From Octopus sinensis (taxonomy: Eukaryota), in assembly GCF_006345805.1 (NCBI RefSeq), contig NC_042997.1:131874001-131938000 (forward strand): a DNA stretch of 64,000 bases. Reading direction: 5' to 3'. Position 1 is the stretch's first letter, and each line of letters begins with the position of its first letter. The notes under the pieces were generated by a model. It saw only the letters and a list, made by a program, of their open reading frames with translations, was not told the origin of the DNA and searched no databases. The translations under genes and the position numbers were made by a program. Shown here one piece after another: positions 1-13,639 of the stretch.

Positions 1-425
1 GCTGGATCACCATTAGAGATTTTGTCTTCATATAGCACAATTAGAATATCAGCTTCTTAGCTTGTGTGTGTGTATTTTATTATTTATATATAACTATATC
101 ATAGCCTCATGATATCAAATTACCACATGATTTTGCACCAAAGATGAAGATCCAACTTTACCATTAGAAATGTGTAAAAGGAATAATAGGGCATCATGTA
201 TGCATATATATTTATATGGAAAAAGTTGACAGTGATTTTGAAGTTTTGGCTTGCTCACCATCCTGTATCTGATGTCAGTGAGCAAGCCTAGACATCAAGG
301 TCTTTGTCAGCCTTTACATTGTAAAACTTGATATACATTCTACTAAAAAATATTGAGTGATCCTTCTCAGTTTAATGTTCAATTGTTCTGATATATAACT
401 TCACATAAAAACAAACATTTATATA

Positions 426-1130
426 CAGGGTATTTGGGCTAAATTTGACAGCTTGCATAAGAAAAAGAAATCAACAAATACGGACTAGATTATGGTTGGG
501 AGATAACAGTTTTCTCAAAGTGGCTTTTCCCAGCTTCCATCATGACCTCAAGATAGCTTCAGAACCTGACGCAGACTCCTCTTTGAACACTTCATTGGTC
601 TTGGTGTTACAGGCAACATGGTTGGTGTTTTTCTCAACCTTGCCCCAAGTAATACTTGGAATAACAATGGGGAAATTAGGCCTGAAATTGGGGCTGGTGA
701 AGTTGTAGAAATTCTCCAACATTTACTTCTGACTCTTTCTGGACATATAACAAGGAGCCAAATCTTGTTCCCACACATATGGCCTACTAGCAGCAACCCT
801 CTCCAGCCGTGGATTGACCACAGTCTCCAGCAGCTTCAGATAGTCATCTGAATTGACCCTAAGGCCCATTTAAAGACGTGGGGATGAATCCCGGTGTGCA
901 GACGCAGTCAGAATACCTTCTAGGTCCCTTCCTGCTAGCCTCAGCTTTGTAGTCTTTGTTTCTTTGTTGCTGCTGTCAACATCATGTCTTACAGCCTTTA
1001 CAGAGTTTACAGAGCATTAAGCAATAATCATGGTGTTGCCATTTTGATACCCAGTGCAAATCATCGTGATACAGTTAACTCTTTTCCAATATTCAAATAG
1101 CTTCCAGTCTTCCATGTTAGCTAACTTTCT
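426..1130 (-). mobile_element. Decayed Tc1/mariner (maT/DD37D-like) transposase remnant
   Basis: Minus-strand frames give KLLETVVNPRLERVAASRPYVWEQDLAPCYMSRKSQK*MLENFYNFTSPNF...WGKVEKNTNH, matching the maT-type YVWQQDSAPCH...ENFYDFTSPN-WPPNSPD pattern with stops and indels; TA-CAGGGT terminus at ~424-431. Confidence 0.7.
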
Positions 1131-1170
1131 CTCAACTACAAATCTAATTATTATTAATTCCAATACTACA

Positions 1171-1548
1171 TAGGTGTAGGAGTGGCTGTGTGGTAAGTAG
1201 CTTACTTACAAACCACATGGTTCTGGGTTCAGTCCCACCGTGTGGCACCTTGGGCAAGTGTCCTCTACTATAGCCTCGGGCCAACCAAAGCCTTGTGAGT
1301 GGATTTGGTACACGGAAACTGAAAGAAGCCCGTTGTATATATATATGTGTGTGTGTGTCTGTGTTTGTCCCCCAACGTCACTTGACAACTGATGCTGGTG
1401 TGTTTACATTCCTGTAACTTCTCGGTTTGGCAAAAGAAACCGACAGAATAAGTACTAGGCTTACACAGAATAAGTTCTGGGGTAGATTTGCTCGACTAAA
1501 GGTGGTGCTCCAACATGGCCACAGTCAAATGACTGAAACAAGTAAAAG
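1171..1548 (+). mobile_element. tRNA-derived SINE, family A (head taggagtggctgtgtggtaagtagc, central (AT)/(TG) tract, tail gactgaaacaagtaaaag)
   Basis: A/B-box-like head (tggtaagtagc / ggttcagtccc); near-identical copies recur through the window. Confidence 0.85.
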
Positions 1549-1631
1549 TAATACTATTGACTGTTCACCAATATATCAAGCTGTTCCTGAAAAAAATCAA
1601 ATAAAAAAATCATCAAATTTAGCCCAAACAC

Positions 1632-1667
<36 letters not shown>

Positions 1668-3892
1668 ACAGTTATTTATGAATTTGAAGTTGGTACCCTG
1701 CTCATCAGTGGTCTCACTGTTTACAACATCACTAACCTATAGTGAATATTTACATAGGTGGACAGAGCTATTTGACAGCATACACGACCATTTTGGGGAC
1801 AAATATTTTGCTTTAGGCTATGTTATTGTGCCAGTGAAGCATCATATTAAGTTGTAACAAAAGAAGAAAATGAATAGTTTAAAACTAATGCATTCATGAG
1901 TAATGGACACACTGAAGATAGGTTGAAGACAGCTCAAAGATAGATCCAACATCTCAATCAATGGTTCACTGTATTGTTGAAGGTATGACAAGAAGTGTTT
2001 GTGCATACAGCTTTTGATCTTGAGAGCTATTTCTCAGACTAAGTTCAGTTAGGTAAGTGTGCAATCTAAGGCATTCTTCCCGGATAAACATATATAGATT
2101 TAGCACTGCTAGATTTAGACATCATCTCATCCTAAACTATAACCCTTAGGTGTTACTTATTAAAAAAAGAAAAAAGACCAAAACGTCTCCTAAAATTTAA
2201 AAACGTGCTTTTTAATTATTTTGAAGCCTTTGAGTTGTAAGGCCCTAAACCAAAGTTTGTTTAGCATATTCTTAAACCCAGCACTAATTCTATGATGTTT
2301 CTGATTGTTGATAAACAAAATTCTCTACAATCATTCATAAACCACAATTTCCTGAATAAGCTACCATCTATAAGTCATAATAATTTCCAGAATATTTTTA
2401 CTCTAAAAGTATAAATACAGTCGTTTTGAATTTACTATTGTTTTATTTGAAGTAGAATATAAACAAAACAAACAAAAAACATTCATAGAATCTTTTGTCT
2501 CAACTAAGTATTATTTTTAATTAAAAATTCTTCTATTTTACATAAATAGCTCTAACATTGACATACTCTATGCAATAAATCAGTCTGAGTAATTTTAGTA
2601 TCACATTTTTATGGTGTATCAGCAGTTTGCATGCAATAAAAACATATCTCTAAAGTAACAAGAGTAAAATTAAGACAACAGACATTGATATTGTTAAATA
2701 AACAAGGAAAACAACTAAAACCTTGTGTGTGTACGCGTGGGTGTAAAATATATATATATATATATATATATAGGAGCAGGCATGGACATATGATTAAGAA
2801 ATTCATTTTGATACCATGTAGTTTAGTGTTCATTTCCACTGCATGGACACTGTCAGCTATTTTCTATGATAGATATCGGTTGAGTTGACCAATGCCATGT
2901 ATAAAATTTGATCGACAGAAACCAGAGGTTCATTGTATATATATGTACATGTGAGCATATGTGAGTGTGTGTGTGTATACACATACACATATATATGGCT
3001 CATGTCAACACGATGGAGATACACACACATTATATATATCTGTCTTTCTTTCTATCTATCTATATATATATACATACATACACACACACACACACATTGT
3101 GCGATGGGTAAATTGTTGCCATTGTATATTTTTAATTTCACACAATTTATCCATCGCACACTGTATATATATACATAAATATATATATATATATTATATA
3201 TATATATATATAAATTAAATAATGAGGGTAGAAATTAATATCAATCGACATCAATTTAAACCAGTGGTCTAGCATATTCAAAAAATCTGAAGATTTAAAA
3301 ATTATATTACAATTAATAAGAGGAATGACCACTAAAGTGGATTCCTATATGCTAAAGATAGACGTCAAATTGCCTTACCATGAAGAGTATGTTCTTAAGA
3401 AAAAAATCTCAGTAAACGCCAGAATGTAAAAATAAGCAAGACAAATGAAAATGAAAATAAGCAAGACAGTCTAGGGTATTCATTCATGATATGGGCAATG
3501 GTTTCATCCACCCTTTCGCAGATGCAGCATTGCAGATACACTTGTTCATTCCTAAGGTTGACTTCCAGTTTTTGGCCAAAGCTTGGTCTTGTGCTGCCAC
3601 TATAGTGCTCTCAGTCTCTTCTTTTAGTGTTCCTTTCATCAGCCAAGCTCACCTTCTCCTTCTTCTCCTCCTCCTCCTCCATTAAGGTGGCAAGCTGACA
3701 GAACTGTTAGTTAGACAAACTGCTTGGCTGCATTTCATCCATCTCTATGTTCTGAATTTAGTTTCCACCAAGGTCTTCTTAGCCTTTCATACTTTCAGGG
3801 TCAATAAAATAAGTTGCATTCCAGCACTGGGGTCAAAGTTATTGATTAGCCTCCTCCTCAACAATTTCAAGCTTTGTGCCTATTGTAGAAAA

Positions 3893-3933
<41 letters not shown>

Positions 3934-4273
3934 GTAATGTGCCTGTAGCTGCTTACTCTTGTTCTTACTTAGCCTTATTGATGCGCATACACATTTATTT
4001 ATTTATTTATATTCTATACTCTATGAGACACACTGTGACTACATATTAAGCATGAAATTTTGATGGACAGTTTTATTTTTATATCACTTTAAAAGTTGAA
4101 GTTTGTATCAAAGAATCAGGAATGGTCTCAGATGGGTTGCTATCAAAAGGATTAAAGACAAATATCTGCAATAGGCAGAGTTAATTTTATAACAACTAGA
4201 CAAGCTGATCTAGTTAGTTTCTGTATATAAGAGAGTTTTCATAACTTTATACTTTTAACCTATTTAGTTCTTT

Positions 4274-4565
4274 ATATTCTGTTGTGTCTGGGGAGAGTCA
4301 TTTTCTTTTTGTGCCTTATAATTTAACACACTCACCTGTAAAATTTCCACTTATTCCTTTTTTTTTTATTTTCCTAAAATTTTTGTTGCGTCTTGCAACC
4401 TTTTCAATAGTCTTGACTCTGCCTGTTAAATAAGTGGAAATTTTTACCGGTGAGTATGTTAAATTATAAGGCACAAAAAGAAAATGACTCTCCCCAGACA
4501 CAACAGAATATGCTTCAACACACGAACTCACATAAAGAATCTACCAAACCAAATCCCAAACGAAA
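4274..4565. mobile_element. Foldback/MITE-like element (arms atattctgttgtgtctggggagagtc... / ...gactctccccagacacaacagaatat) with a one-sided tail
   Basis: Long inverted arms 4274-4511; further copies at ~47330-47592 and ~58923-59157. Confidence 0.75.
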
Positions 4566-4789
4566 TAGTTCTTTATAATTTGACATAAAAAAAACATTAT
4601 TTGTCAATGATTCCATTGGTATTTTATAGGTTTTCTTGCTATCCATTCTATACTTTACATTTATCACAAATATATATATATATAAAAACATTTATTTTTT
4701 TGTCTCTCATGACTATTTTGACAATATTCTATGGCCAAATACCTTTCCTGATGCTAACTATTTTGGTATACCTTTGAACACCTGGAATA

Positions 4790-5800
4790 TAGTGGGTGTG
4801 TCCGTTTTTTAAGGTCATTTGTATGAATTTAAAATAAGACACTGAAAACAAACTGATACAAATAATCTTGAGAATTCTTTTATCACACCTATTCAACGAA
4901 TCTGCCATTAGCACCAATAACTGCTTCAATGCATGAACAAATCAGATGATCTTTATCACATTTTTTGGACATTGGGCTTTTTATGGTACACTTGAGAGAT
5001 TGTATGGTGTTATGGGTGTGTCAATTGACCTCTCTCTTGACTATGCCTCATATCTAATAGTCCAGTGGATTGAGGTCTGGTGAGCTAAGAGGCTGGGTCT
5101 GGAAGAACATGATCATGGAGATTGGCACAGATCCACCTCAAGTTGTCCAACCTTTATGAAATGGTGCAGTCTTGTTGAAAGATGTAAAGTCTTTTGTTGT
5201 ATACTCTGTCTATCCAGGGCCTCACAACTTTTTCCAACATCTCTGTGTAAACAGTGACATTGACTGTTAAGCCCCATGAAAATAAAAGTGACACCAAAGC
5301 ATTCCAGCCTCTTGGTGTTTAGCAAGCGCTTTGCACAGCTTGAGCAATTCTCTCTTGTCACATCTGACATAGACTGAACCCTTTGCATCACATGAGTCTT
5401 GTATCAGATATCCTCATGCACAATTCTACTGAGGGTGCATTCTGAGACCTTTAGGTCTTTCACAATGGCTCTGATTGACTTTCCCAGGCTTTATCAGTTA
5501 TTTCCTGGACTTTCTGCACAAAGTCACATGTTAGGATGCTATTAGAACCCTATGCATGCATTTTGCAGCTAGCTACTGATGTTGGATCCCTGTCAGCAGC
5601 TTCCAGCTCCTTTCAAATTTTCACAATCCTTCTCTGTATTACTATGTGGCGCTTTTGAGGCAATGATTACAGCGTGCCTTTTTATTTGCCAAGTCAACCC
5701 AATATCTGACATTATTTAAAAAAGAACATTTTAAAAAATGTAAGAAGAAAGTTAGAGCTCTTGAAAGAGGTGTCCTAAAAGAAAATAATGCACCCTGTGC
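4790..5800 (-). mobile_element. Second decayed maT/DD37D-like mariner (different subfamily from 426-1130)
   Basis: Minus strand gives QSMSDVTRENCSSCAKRLLN, YIFQQD and SSPDLNPLDY (third catalytic residue D), with stops and frameshifts; boundaries approximate. Confidence 0.65.
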
Positions 5801-5996
5801 ATGATGTTTCAACTAAACCCATATTTCAATGAGCTGGTCAAATACACTATTCAAACTGGTTAAAGTTTGGATAGTGTATTCAGGAGTCTCATTATCATTT
5901 TGGTACCAGCGCATCAACTGTGAAGTTTGAATAATGTAGTAAACATACTTCCAAAAAATGATTTAACCTTTTTGCTATCAGAGACACACAGCCTTT

Positions 5997-6300
5997 CATC
6001 ATCATCATCTGTTTTCTATGATAGCATGGGTTGGACGGTTCGACCAGTGTCTGGGAAGCCAGAAGGCTGCTCCAGGCACCAGTCTGATCTGGCAGTGTTT
6101 CTACAGCTGGATGCCCTTCCTAATGCCAACCACTCCATGAGTGTAGTGGGTGCTTTTTACGTGCCACCGGCACAGGTGCCAGGGGAGGCTGGCAGCGGCC
6201 ATGATCCGTTGGTGCTTTTTACGTGCCACCAGCACAGAAGCCAGTCAATGCGGCACTGGCATCGGCCACATTCGAATAGTGCTTTTTACGTGCCATCAGC
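5997..6300 (-). mobile_element. RTE-LINE 3'UTR-type short element (family B) with gtgctttttacgtgccaccggcac repeats
   Basis: (CAT)n end plus catgggttggacgg...ggatgcccttcctaatgccaacc core shared with many copies. Confidence 0.8.
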
Positions 6301-7085
6301 TTTGTTTCAATTAATTTTGAAAATAGTGAAGAATTTGCTAAAATAACTGTCATTTGGTCTTTGGAACATAAATTGACATAAAATTTTCACAGAAGGTTTC
6401 AATTTTGATCTTTTTGTAACAGTAAGTTTGTATCATAGAACCAGGGTTAGTCTCAAGCAGGTTGGTATCAAAAGGGTAACACCAATGTTTTAACAGAAAT
6501 TTTGAGGGATCTTCTTTGCAATCACCCTACCTGCTGAAATAGCAACAAATCTCCCAAAATTACACCTTACATTTTAACAGGGAAAGACACTTTGGATAAT
6601 GTGGTACTAGATATACTGTCTGAATAAAAAAAATAGGGTCACTTTTGCTGGAATTTTTTTGATTATAGTCTGAGTAAATCAGAAAGACCTTGACTTTACT
6701 CAATGCAACAAAATTTTAGATAACTACAGTTAATATTTCAAGCACATTTTGACAAAATTCCAAATTATTGCCCACAGTGATATAGAGATAACCCTCCTAT
6801 TATGGTAACGAGGGACAATGAATTTAAAACAAAGAAATAAAATATTACCTTTTTATTTTTTAACTAATTTTTTTTTACAGGGTTTCTTCTCAATCTCCTT
6901 TGTTCTGTAAATTTCTTTATGCAGATATTCTTCTTAGCAGGGACTTTAGGTGTGTATGTATGTGTGTATACGTATCGTATATATATATGCACACAGAAAT
7001 ACACAGCCCTATCTATGCAGGTTTACAAGGGGGTGGGTTTCCCCTCTTATGTACAGCTATCTTTAACGGTTGTTTTGTGCTTCAG

Positions 7086-7304
7086 CATCAACTTCCACCT
7101 CCTCCACCTCAGCATCTTCGTCAATTGTCACGACAGCCTGCTCGATGCCGCCGGCCAATCTCTTCAGCATTGGCACTGATGTCGGCATCAGCAAGCCAGA
7201 GGAACAGTCGTGGCAGCCACTACAGACATTCGGATGAGACTTGTTCAGTCAATAGCTTCAAATACCAATCTTACCAAACCAACACAGAGAACAGGCCAAA
7301 AGGT
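7086..7304 (+). CDS. Probable internal exon of the GRIP-like gene (HQLPPPPPQHLRQLSRQPARCRRPISSALALMSASASQRNSRG...NRPKG)
   Basis: Acceptor ttgtgcttcag at 7085, donor GTAAGC at 7305; 219 nt, open phase 0-0, compatible with the phase-0 exon at 24585; no recognisable homology, so assignment is by position and phase. Confidence 0.55.
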
Positions 7305-7682
7305 GTAAGCATTGGTAATCTTTAGCATATTGAGAATCTTCAAGTAATTAGATGCTAAAAGACTGCTTCCATTGTTTTGTTCTCTAACATTTACTACACT
7401 CACATTTTGGACTTTGGCACCAGCAAATGACTTTGGATTTACCCTTATTTTGCTGCCAAGTTGTTCAGTTGTTCATGTTTAGTCAATTAACCAAATAATT
7501 AGTTTTTCTTCTTATGCTGGTTGGTTGTTTTTTTTAATTTTCTTTTTAACTTTGCGCTGCATCCTTCACAATAAAAAAATAAACAACTTGTACACTTCTT
7601 CTTAGCTTGCATGTGATAATGTTACAGTTCCATGTTGATAGGTTGTGTATGTGTGTAATATATATACATATATATATATATT

Positions 7683-7713
<31 letters not shown>

Positions 7714-8039
7714 CACAAATAAGAAAATGGAGGAGAACAATAGGTGGTTCAAATGTCCAAAAGTTGATGAACCACCTATTGTTCTCCTCCATTTTCTTAT
7801 TTGTGATATAAATTAATGGTAAAATATCTCTTTACCTTCACCCATTTAGCACATTAGGTAATGTAATTGCAATGCAATAAAAAACACTTGTGCATTAATA
7901 ATTGGGTATTCTACCAGCAGTATATTGGATAGATATTATCCCTTAGTGAGTTGAATTCACAACCCCAAACTTTCTTGGGGTTATATATATAATGTGTGTG
8001 TGATAATAGCTATCATGATGATGTCAAGAATATTCATCT

Positions 8040-9530
8040 CTTTGGTGTTGTGACTAGTGCATGTTTTGGTGGAGTTGAGAGAAAGAAAGAGAAGTTGGAT
8101 AGGAATACTTAAATTAAACTGGCATGAACCCAGCCAGCTCCAAGAAGCTGATGTAGTGGCAGAAAAGGCAGGCAGAGGAGACAGCATACTTATGGGCCAG
8201 AGAATGGATGGAGCATATTTGTGAGTAACCTTATAGCTATTAGTGTACTGACCCTTTTCCAGATGCTGTCGAGGAAGTTTGTATGCAACAACAGCAGGAC
8301 CATCTCAGATGTGAAACAAATATTCCATTGTTCACCTTGCAAGTGCATTTTAGTGAAGCAATAATTTTTAAGGACTGAAGCATCTTCTGGCTCTAAAGAG
8401 AACCGGTTATTGGGATGCAGTTCTAGCTTTGTTAATGATGTGCTTTTATTAAGAGAAATCCTCAGTGTTAGTGAAAACCAGCTGAGTGCTGCTCATGATT
8501 AAATGATGTGTGGTGGAATATTGTTTTCTTGATAGGAGCAGCATATGTATTTTCTTGCTGTTCAGAGAAACAAGGCTGACATATCCCTTTGGAGGGTTTT
8601 ACTTTCAAGGTCTCCGTGTGTGCTAAGTCATGTGGTGTTCAAGATGTGAATGGATGATGTATGGTTAGAGAGGAATGGAAAGTTGAATCATTACATAGAA
8701 CTGTGTTACTGAGTGTGGTTGCAAGTAAGACATTGAAGTATGGAGGTATGAAGCTGGAGATAGAACCAGACCCTGAGGCATATCAGGTTTATAGAATGAG
8801 CAACAGAAAGAACTCCATCATTACACACGGCAGTAATGTATTGTGATGGGAAACTCATTTCAAGAGATGAGAGATGGATTGTGTCCTAGGCAGGAAGTTT
8901 TGATTAGACATGATCAAAATCTCTGCTGGTGTTGAGGTCATCAACATTGCTTTCACCACATTCCTCCACAATGGGAGCTCACTTGTGTGTAAGCCACATA
9001 TAGAGATATGTAGATCACTAGTGAATTTGGCTTTGCAGAAACCATACTGGTGGTTATTAAAGAGAGAGAGATTCAAGGCAGTAGAGGACATCTTTAATGG
9101 CTGTCTCCATTCTCTTAGATCTGTTACAATTGAATATAGTTGGCAGGGTCAGGGAGATGGGATACAGTGTAGCATGTAGATCCTATTGAAATGGTCGATA
9201 AGTTTAGGGGCTAGCTGTGGGCACAGTGTGTAAGGAGGATGGATGAGACACCATCAGGACTGGTGGTCTTGTCTTGAAGTGACCAAAATTACTTTCATAC
9301 TTTGTGTGTGCAAAGGGATAGAACTGAAGGAGTACAAGGGTATGGAATTGCCTCAGGCTATTTGCCAATTGTGTACAATGGGGAGTCAGTTGCAAAGCTT
9401 TCACTGCTGGAGTACTACATGCAGAAACATCACTGTCATGAAATGGAAGGAAAGAGGACCCTGCAAAATTGACAGGAATCTTGTTTTGGCTAGGGACCAA
9501 AATGATTATTGGAGTTTAGAATGTGGGATA
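8040..9530 (-). mobile_element. Highly decayed non-LTR retrotransposon RT region (CR1/Jockey-superfamily-like)
   Basis: Minus strand gives LFNNHQYGFCKAKFTSDL (cf. xDHQYGFRKARSTGDL) and MPQGLVLSP (cf. VPQGSVLSP); many stops; boundaries approximate. Confidence 0.6.
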
Positions 9531-9751
9531 ACTTAAGAGCTATTTAATGCACATATGTGTATGCATGCATGCACGTACACAAACATGTGCACACACACAC
9601 ACACACACAAAGCTTCTTTTCAGTTTCTGAATATCAAATTCACTCACAAGGTTTTGATTGGTACTTACCAAAGATGTCACACCATTGAATTGATGCTGAA
9701 ACCATATGGTTGGGGAGTGAAATTCTCAACTACACAGTCATAAGATATATG

Positions 9752-9783
<32 letters not shown>

Positions 9784-10977
9784 GGCAAATATATGTTTGT
9801 TTTATATTAGTCTTTTCATGCTGTCATGGGTTAGAAGAATGCCTATTGTGGTATTGTTTGAAGAGCCAAATGCCCTTCCTGCAACCAACACTGAACAGTT
9901 TTTCAATTAAGGGATTTTTCTTAAGATGAGTGTGTGTGTATTACATCCACATATATACACACACACAACACACAAATATATCAGAGCACTATCAAATAAG
10001 AAAATAGTTTACAAATGGAAAGAAAGTTGACTATTTTGATTTGTTAGTTCACATCAGTTGTAGTTATTCCTTAACCAAAGATGTGATGACAGAACAATCA
10101 TTGCTTAAATGGCTGCCTGTTTGCTTGCTGAAGAAAACTTCTCTCCTGCTAAGTGTGTGGGAGGGCCCACAGGAACCACACTCATCTCTTCCATTGAATG
10201 GATAATAACATTTATGTATACATATTTTTATTTTATGAGAGAGAGAGAGGTGGAACAGAGGTATAGGTGTAATTAAAAAGCAATCACTAGTAAACAATAT
10301 AAATAACAAAATCTAAAGGTTTCCTTGACAGAAAGGAAACTCCACTTCACACACACAGTACACTCTCACTCTCTTTCTCACACATACACACACATAATAT
10401 TAATTTATATTAATGAATATGAGATAATTATTACTGCTAATATGCTGTCATTCTCAAATTGTATCTTTAATCTGCTCCATATCTTCTGACCAAATAACAC
10501 TTTACATCTAGCCAATCAGCATGCTCGTTTTTACCTCTCACTTTTATGTAAACACCATCTGCATTCAACTAGATTGAGACATGTTTGTTTATATAATAGT
10601 GGTTAGATTAGATTAGCATTAGCTAATGCCAATCCAATCAAACTTCAAGAATTTTGCTATCATGTTTTATTAAGAACTATTTCAATAAATTTTTGTTTTC
10701 ATTCTCTGTTACATGTGTGAACAAAAAACGTGGCACTTTTCATCAGGGGTCTTGTAGCACATTGTCGTATTGCCTACTCTGTTGAAAGATTCCAGAAAAT
10801 TATAAAATATCTTGATATATCATTGATAAATCACAAACAAATTATTGAGGTAAAAATAACTCACCAGAGTCATATGATTGATAGAGGTTTAATATACATA
10901 TACTATATTAAAAATAAAATTTCTAAATTCAAATTTAAGAATTTCTAATTTAGGATTTTATTAATCTATTAGATACA

Positions 10978-11277
10978 TAGTGGTGGACTGCGTCTAATAA
11001 TATTGGTTGCCAGAAGACTAAGGGGGCCCACCTGAAACTACACACAATGCTATCATTTAATTTTTTTTTTTTTTGTTACAAGTATTCTTTTTGAGTGTCT
11101 ACAAACACAGCCAGGCTGAAATAATTAATGCTTTCTTCCGAGAGTGAATAAAAGATTCTCAAACTTGAGGGGATGGGCCTCTTAGATAATAACATAGGCA
11201 CTCCCATATATGGATTCTAATGGTGAAGCGGCCCACTTGCCATCAGGCAAGCTGGCAACCTAGCCAGTCTGCCACTG
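10978..11277. mobile_element. MITE with ~14-bp TIRs (tagtggtggactg / cagtctgccactg)
   Basis: Imperfect TIRs; gatacata at 10972-10979 and 11278-11285 resembles an 8-bp TSD. Confidence 0.5.
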
Positions 11278-11634
11278 GATACATATTCCTGATTATCAGG
11301 AAATACATATTTAATTTCATTAGTTTTGCATCCAATCTACTGAAGAGAATGCTGTAAAAATATTATCAGCCTATATATATATAAAACAATTACAGCACGG
11401 AAGGCATATTAGCCATTCAAAGACTGTTAAATACTAAAAATGAGAAGATACTATTAAGGAACAATTTAAGGGAAGTGGGGATAAACTTACGTTTCTTAAC
11501 CTTGTTAAATGAAGATTATTGTTAATTTTGTGTTTATAGCTAAATAAAAACAAAAAAAACTATGTCTAGTGAGGGTAGTCAAATAGGAGGGAAGCTAGCG
11601 GGCATTAAACTGAGTGCCTAATCCATCTTCCAGT

Positions 11635-12530
11635 TCAATAATAGGGACTTGTTGAGATGCACACATCTTGTAAAAATTTCTAATCTCAAATTTAGAATGT
11701 TGCTGCAGTTTTTCAGTCTAATAGGGTTGTGTTTCCTTTTGGCTATAAAAACCTGCACTTTTTTGATCTATTAATATATAGCCTAGATCTCTATGATGCT
11801 CCATATATATGTAGTATACTGCTGTTTTCGAGGACCTAGTTATAGCTAACTAGCTTTGTGCTTTTCTTTTTTCCTATGTGCTTGAAAAAAAATGGTGGTT
11901 GGCATATCTTGTTTGGAAGTCATTTTTACAAAGTCCAGTGTATTTAAATTCATGGAACAGAGGTGACTTCAGCTTTGTAGATGCTTGAGCTAGCCATGCA
12001 TGCCTGGTTTAGTGGGCAAGTATCTGGATTGTTCCTGCAGTCTTGGTTAGCTTATGTGAAATGATGTTTCTTATACTGGACTGCAGCTGTAGGAAACTTT
12101 CAAGGAACATCTATTGAAGATTTTGTTATTTATTGTTGTTATAGTAGAAGGCTGCCTTATTGAAAACTCTTTTTAGTGGAAGAGGTTAGAGTCCCTATTA
12201 TTAAGGTTTTTAAGGATGAAAGGAGCAGCAAGTTTGTTTGTATACCTAAGTTTTGATTTGATTTATGGGAGGCCTCGTAAGTGTTAAAATCTGGGTATAG
12301 GGAAGCATCTAAGAGGTTTCATAATGTTTTCTTTTCATGACGTTTTCTCTTCCTCATGTAGCCATGTCATTTAAATCTGCATGTTGGTCAGCTTATGTGC
12401 TGTATACTATACAGACTGTATGGTTATTGCACTATCCAAACATGAAACTTGAAGTAGCTAATGTGTTACTCCTGTGTTCATTAAATATTTATCTCTCTTT
12501 GGATTGAGTACCATTTTGCTGATCCTATCA
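11635..12530 (-). mobile_element. Decayed Penelope-like element ORF (RT C-terminal region + GIY-YIG endonuclease)
   Basis: Minus strand gives NKIFNRCSLKVSYSC (cf. PLE KIFNRNTVKVSYSCM) then QDCRNNPDTCPLNQACMASSSIYKAEVTS (Cys-rich linker into the GIY-YIG domain); frameshifted. Confidence 0.7.
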
Positions 12531-13639
12531 ACAGGCAAACTGTACTCTTTTGTTATATATTATAGATGTGTGTATGTGTATACATATATATATATATATC
12601 ATCATCATCGTTTAATGTCTGCTTTCCATGTTAGCATGGGTTGGATGATTTGACTGAGGTCTGGCAAACCAGATGGCTGCACCAGACTCCAATCTGATCT
12701 GGCAGAGTTTCTACAGCTGACCACTCCACAGACATGCATAGCCGTAATAAAGTTCTCAAGGAGATTCATTGTGACACAGAATGTACCAAGGCTGGCCCTA
12801 TATATATATATATGTGTGTGTATGTATATATATATATATTTTCCTCGAATGAGGCTTTTACATGCCGAAATCTACTTGGTGTAATTAATAATTATTCCAA
12901 ATTAATTAATTTTACCCTTTATTGTTACTTATATATATATATATATATATATATATCATCATCATCATCATCATTAGCCATCATGTGTAGTTGTAAATTA
13001 CTGTCACCATAATACAAGCAGTACCATTCATTTCCAAAGAACTATGAAAACCTATCTGGTCATGGGGAAATATTACCTTGCTTAAAAACAACTAAGGATT
13101 ACAATAGGAAAAGCATCCAGCCTGAGCAAATCTGCCACACCTCAATAAACTCCATCCAACCCATACAAGCATGGGAAAGTTGACATTAAAATGATGACGA
13201 TATATTATCCATTCTTGGTCATTTCTATTGCCATCCATTGCCTGCTCATGCCTGTGTCTCACCCATCCTGACCTTTGTCCACCTCTGCTATTGCCAGATA
13301 GAAGAGTGGCAAGGTTATTTGTTTATATGACTTAGGCTACGATGACCCATCCAACATATATCAATATGAAAAGCAAATGTAAAATGATATATATATATAT
13401 ATAAAGCAATCAGACAAGAACCGGTGTTTTCAAAGTGATATGGCCATAAACACTCTCGGAGCGGTGTTAGGAAGGGCATCCAGCTGTAGAAACACTGCCA
13501 GATCAGACTGGAGCCTGGTGCAGCCTCCTGGCTTCCCAGACCCCGGTCGAACCATCCAACCCATGCTAGCATGGAAAACAGAGGTTAAACAATGATGATG
13601 ATGATGATATATATATAAAGCAATGTATGTTCTTCAAGT

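Noticed and set aside
1206-1666. Recurrent short ORFs such as MSSDVGG...YQIHSQGFG.PEAIVEDTCPRCH and MAKETDRISTRL (also 14842, 18302, 49205, 59641)
   Set aside because: They are translations of family A SINE copies, not a gene family
1930-2058. Strong donor ttag|GTAAGT at ~2053 suggesting a GRIP exon
   Set aside because: All three frames hit stops within about 40 nt upstream of the donor; no homology
5927-6346. ORFs containing LQLDALPNANHS (also 20615, 21776, 36582, 37973)
   Set aside because: Translations of the non-coding family B RTE 3'UTR
10725-10750. CTGATGAA on the minus strand
   Set aside because: No stem II followed by GAAA in register
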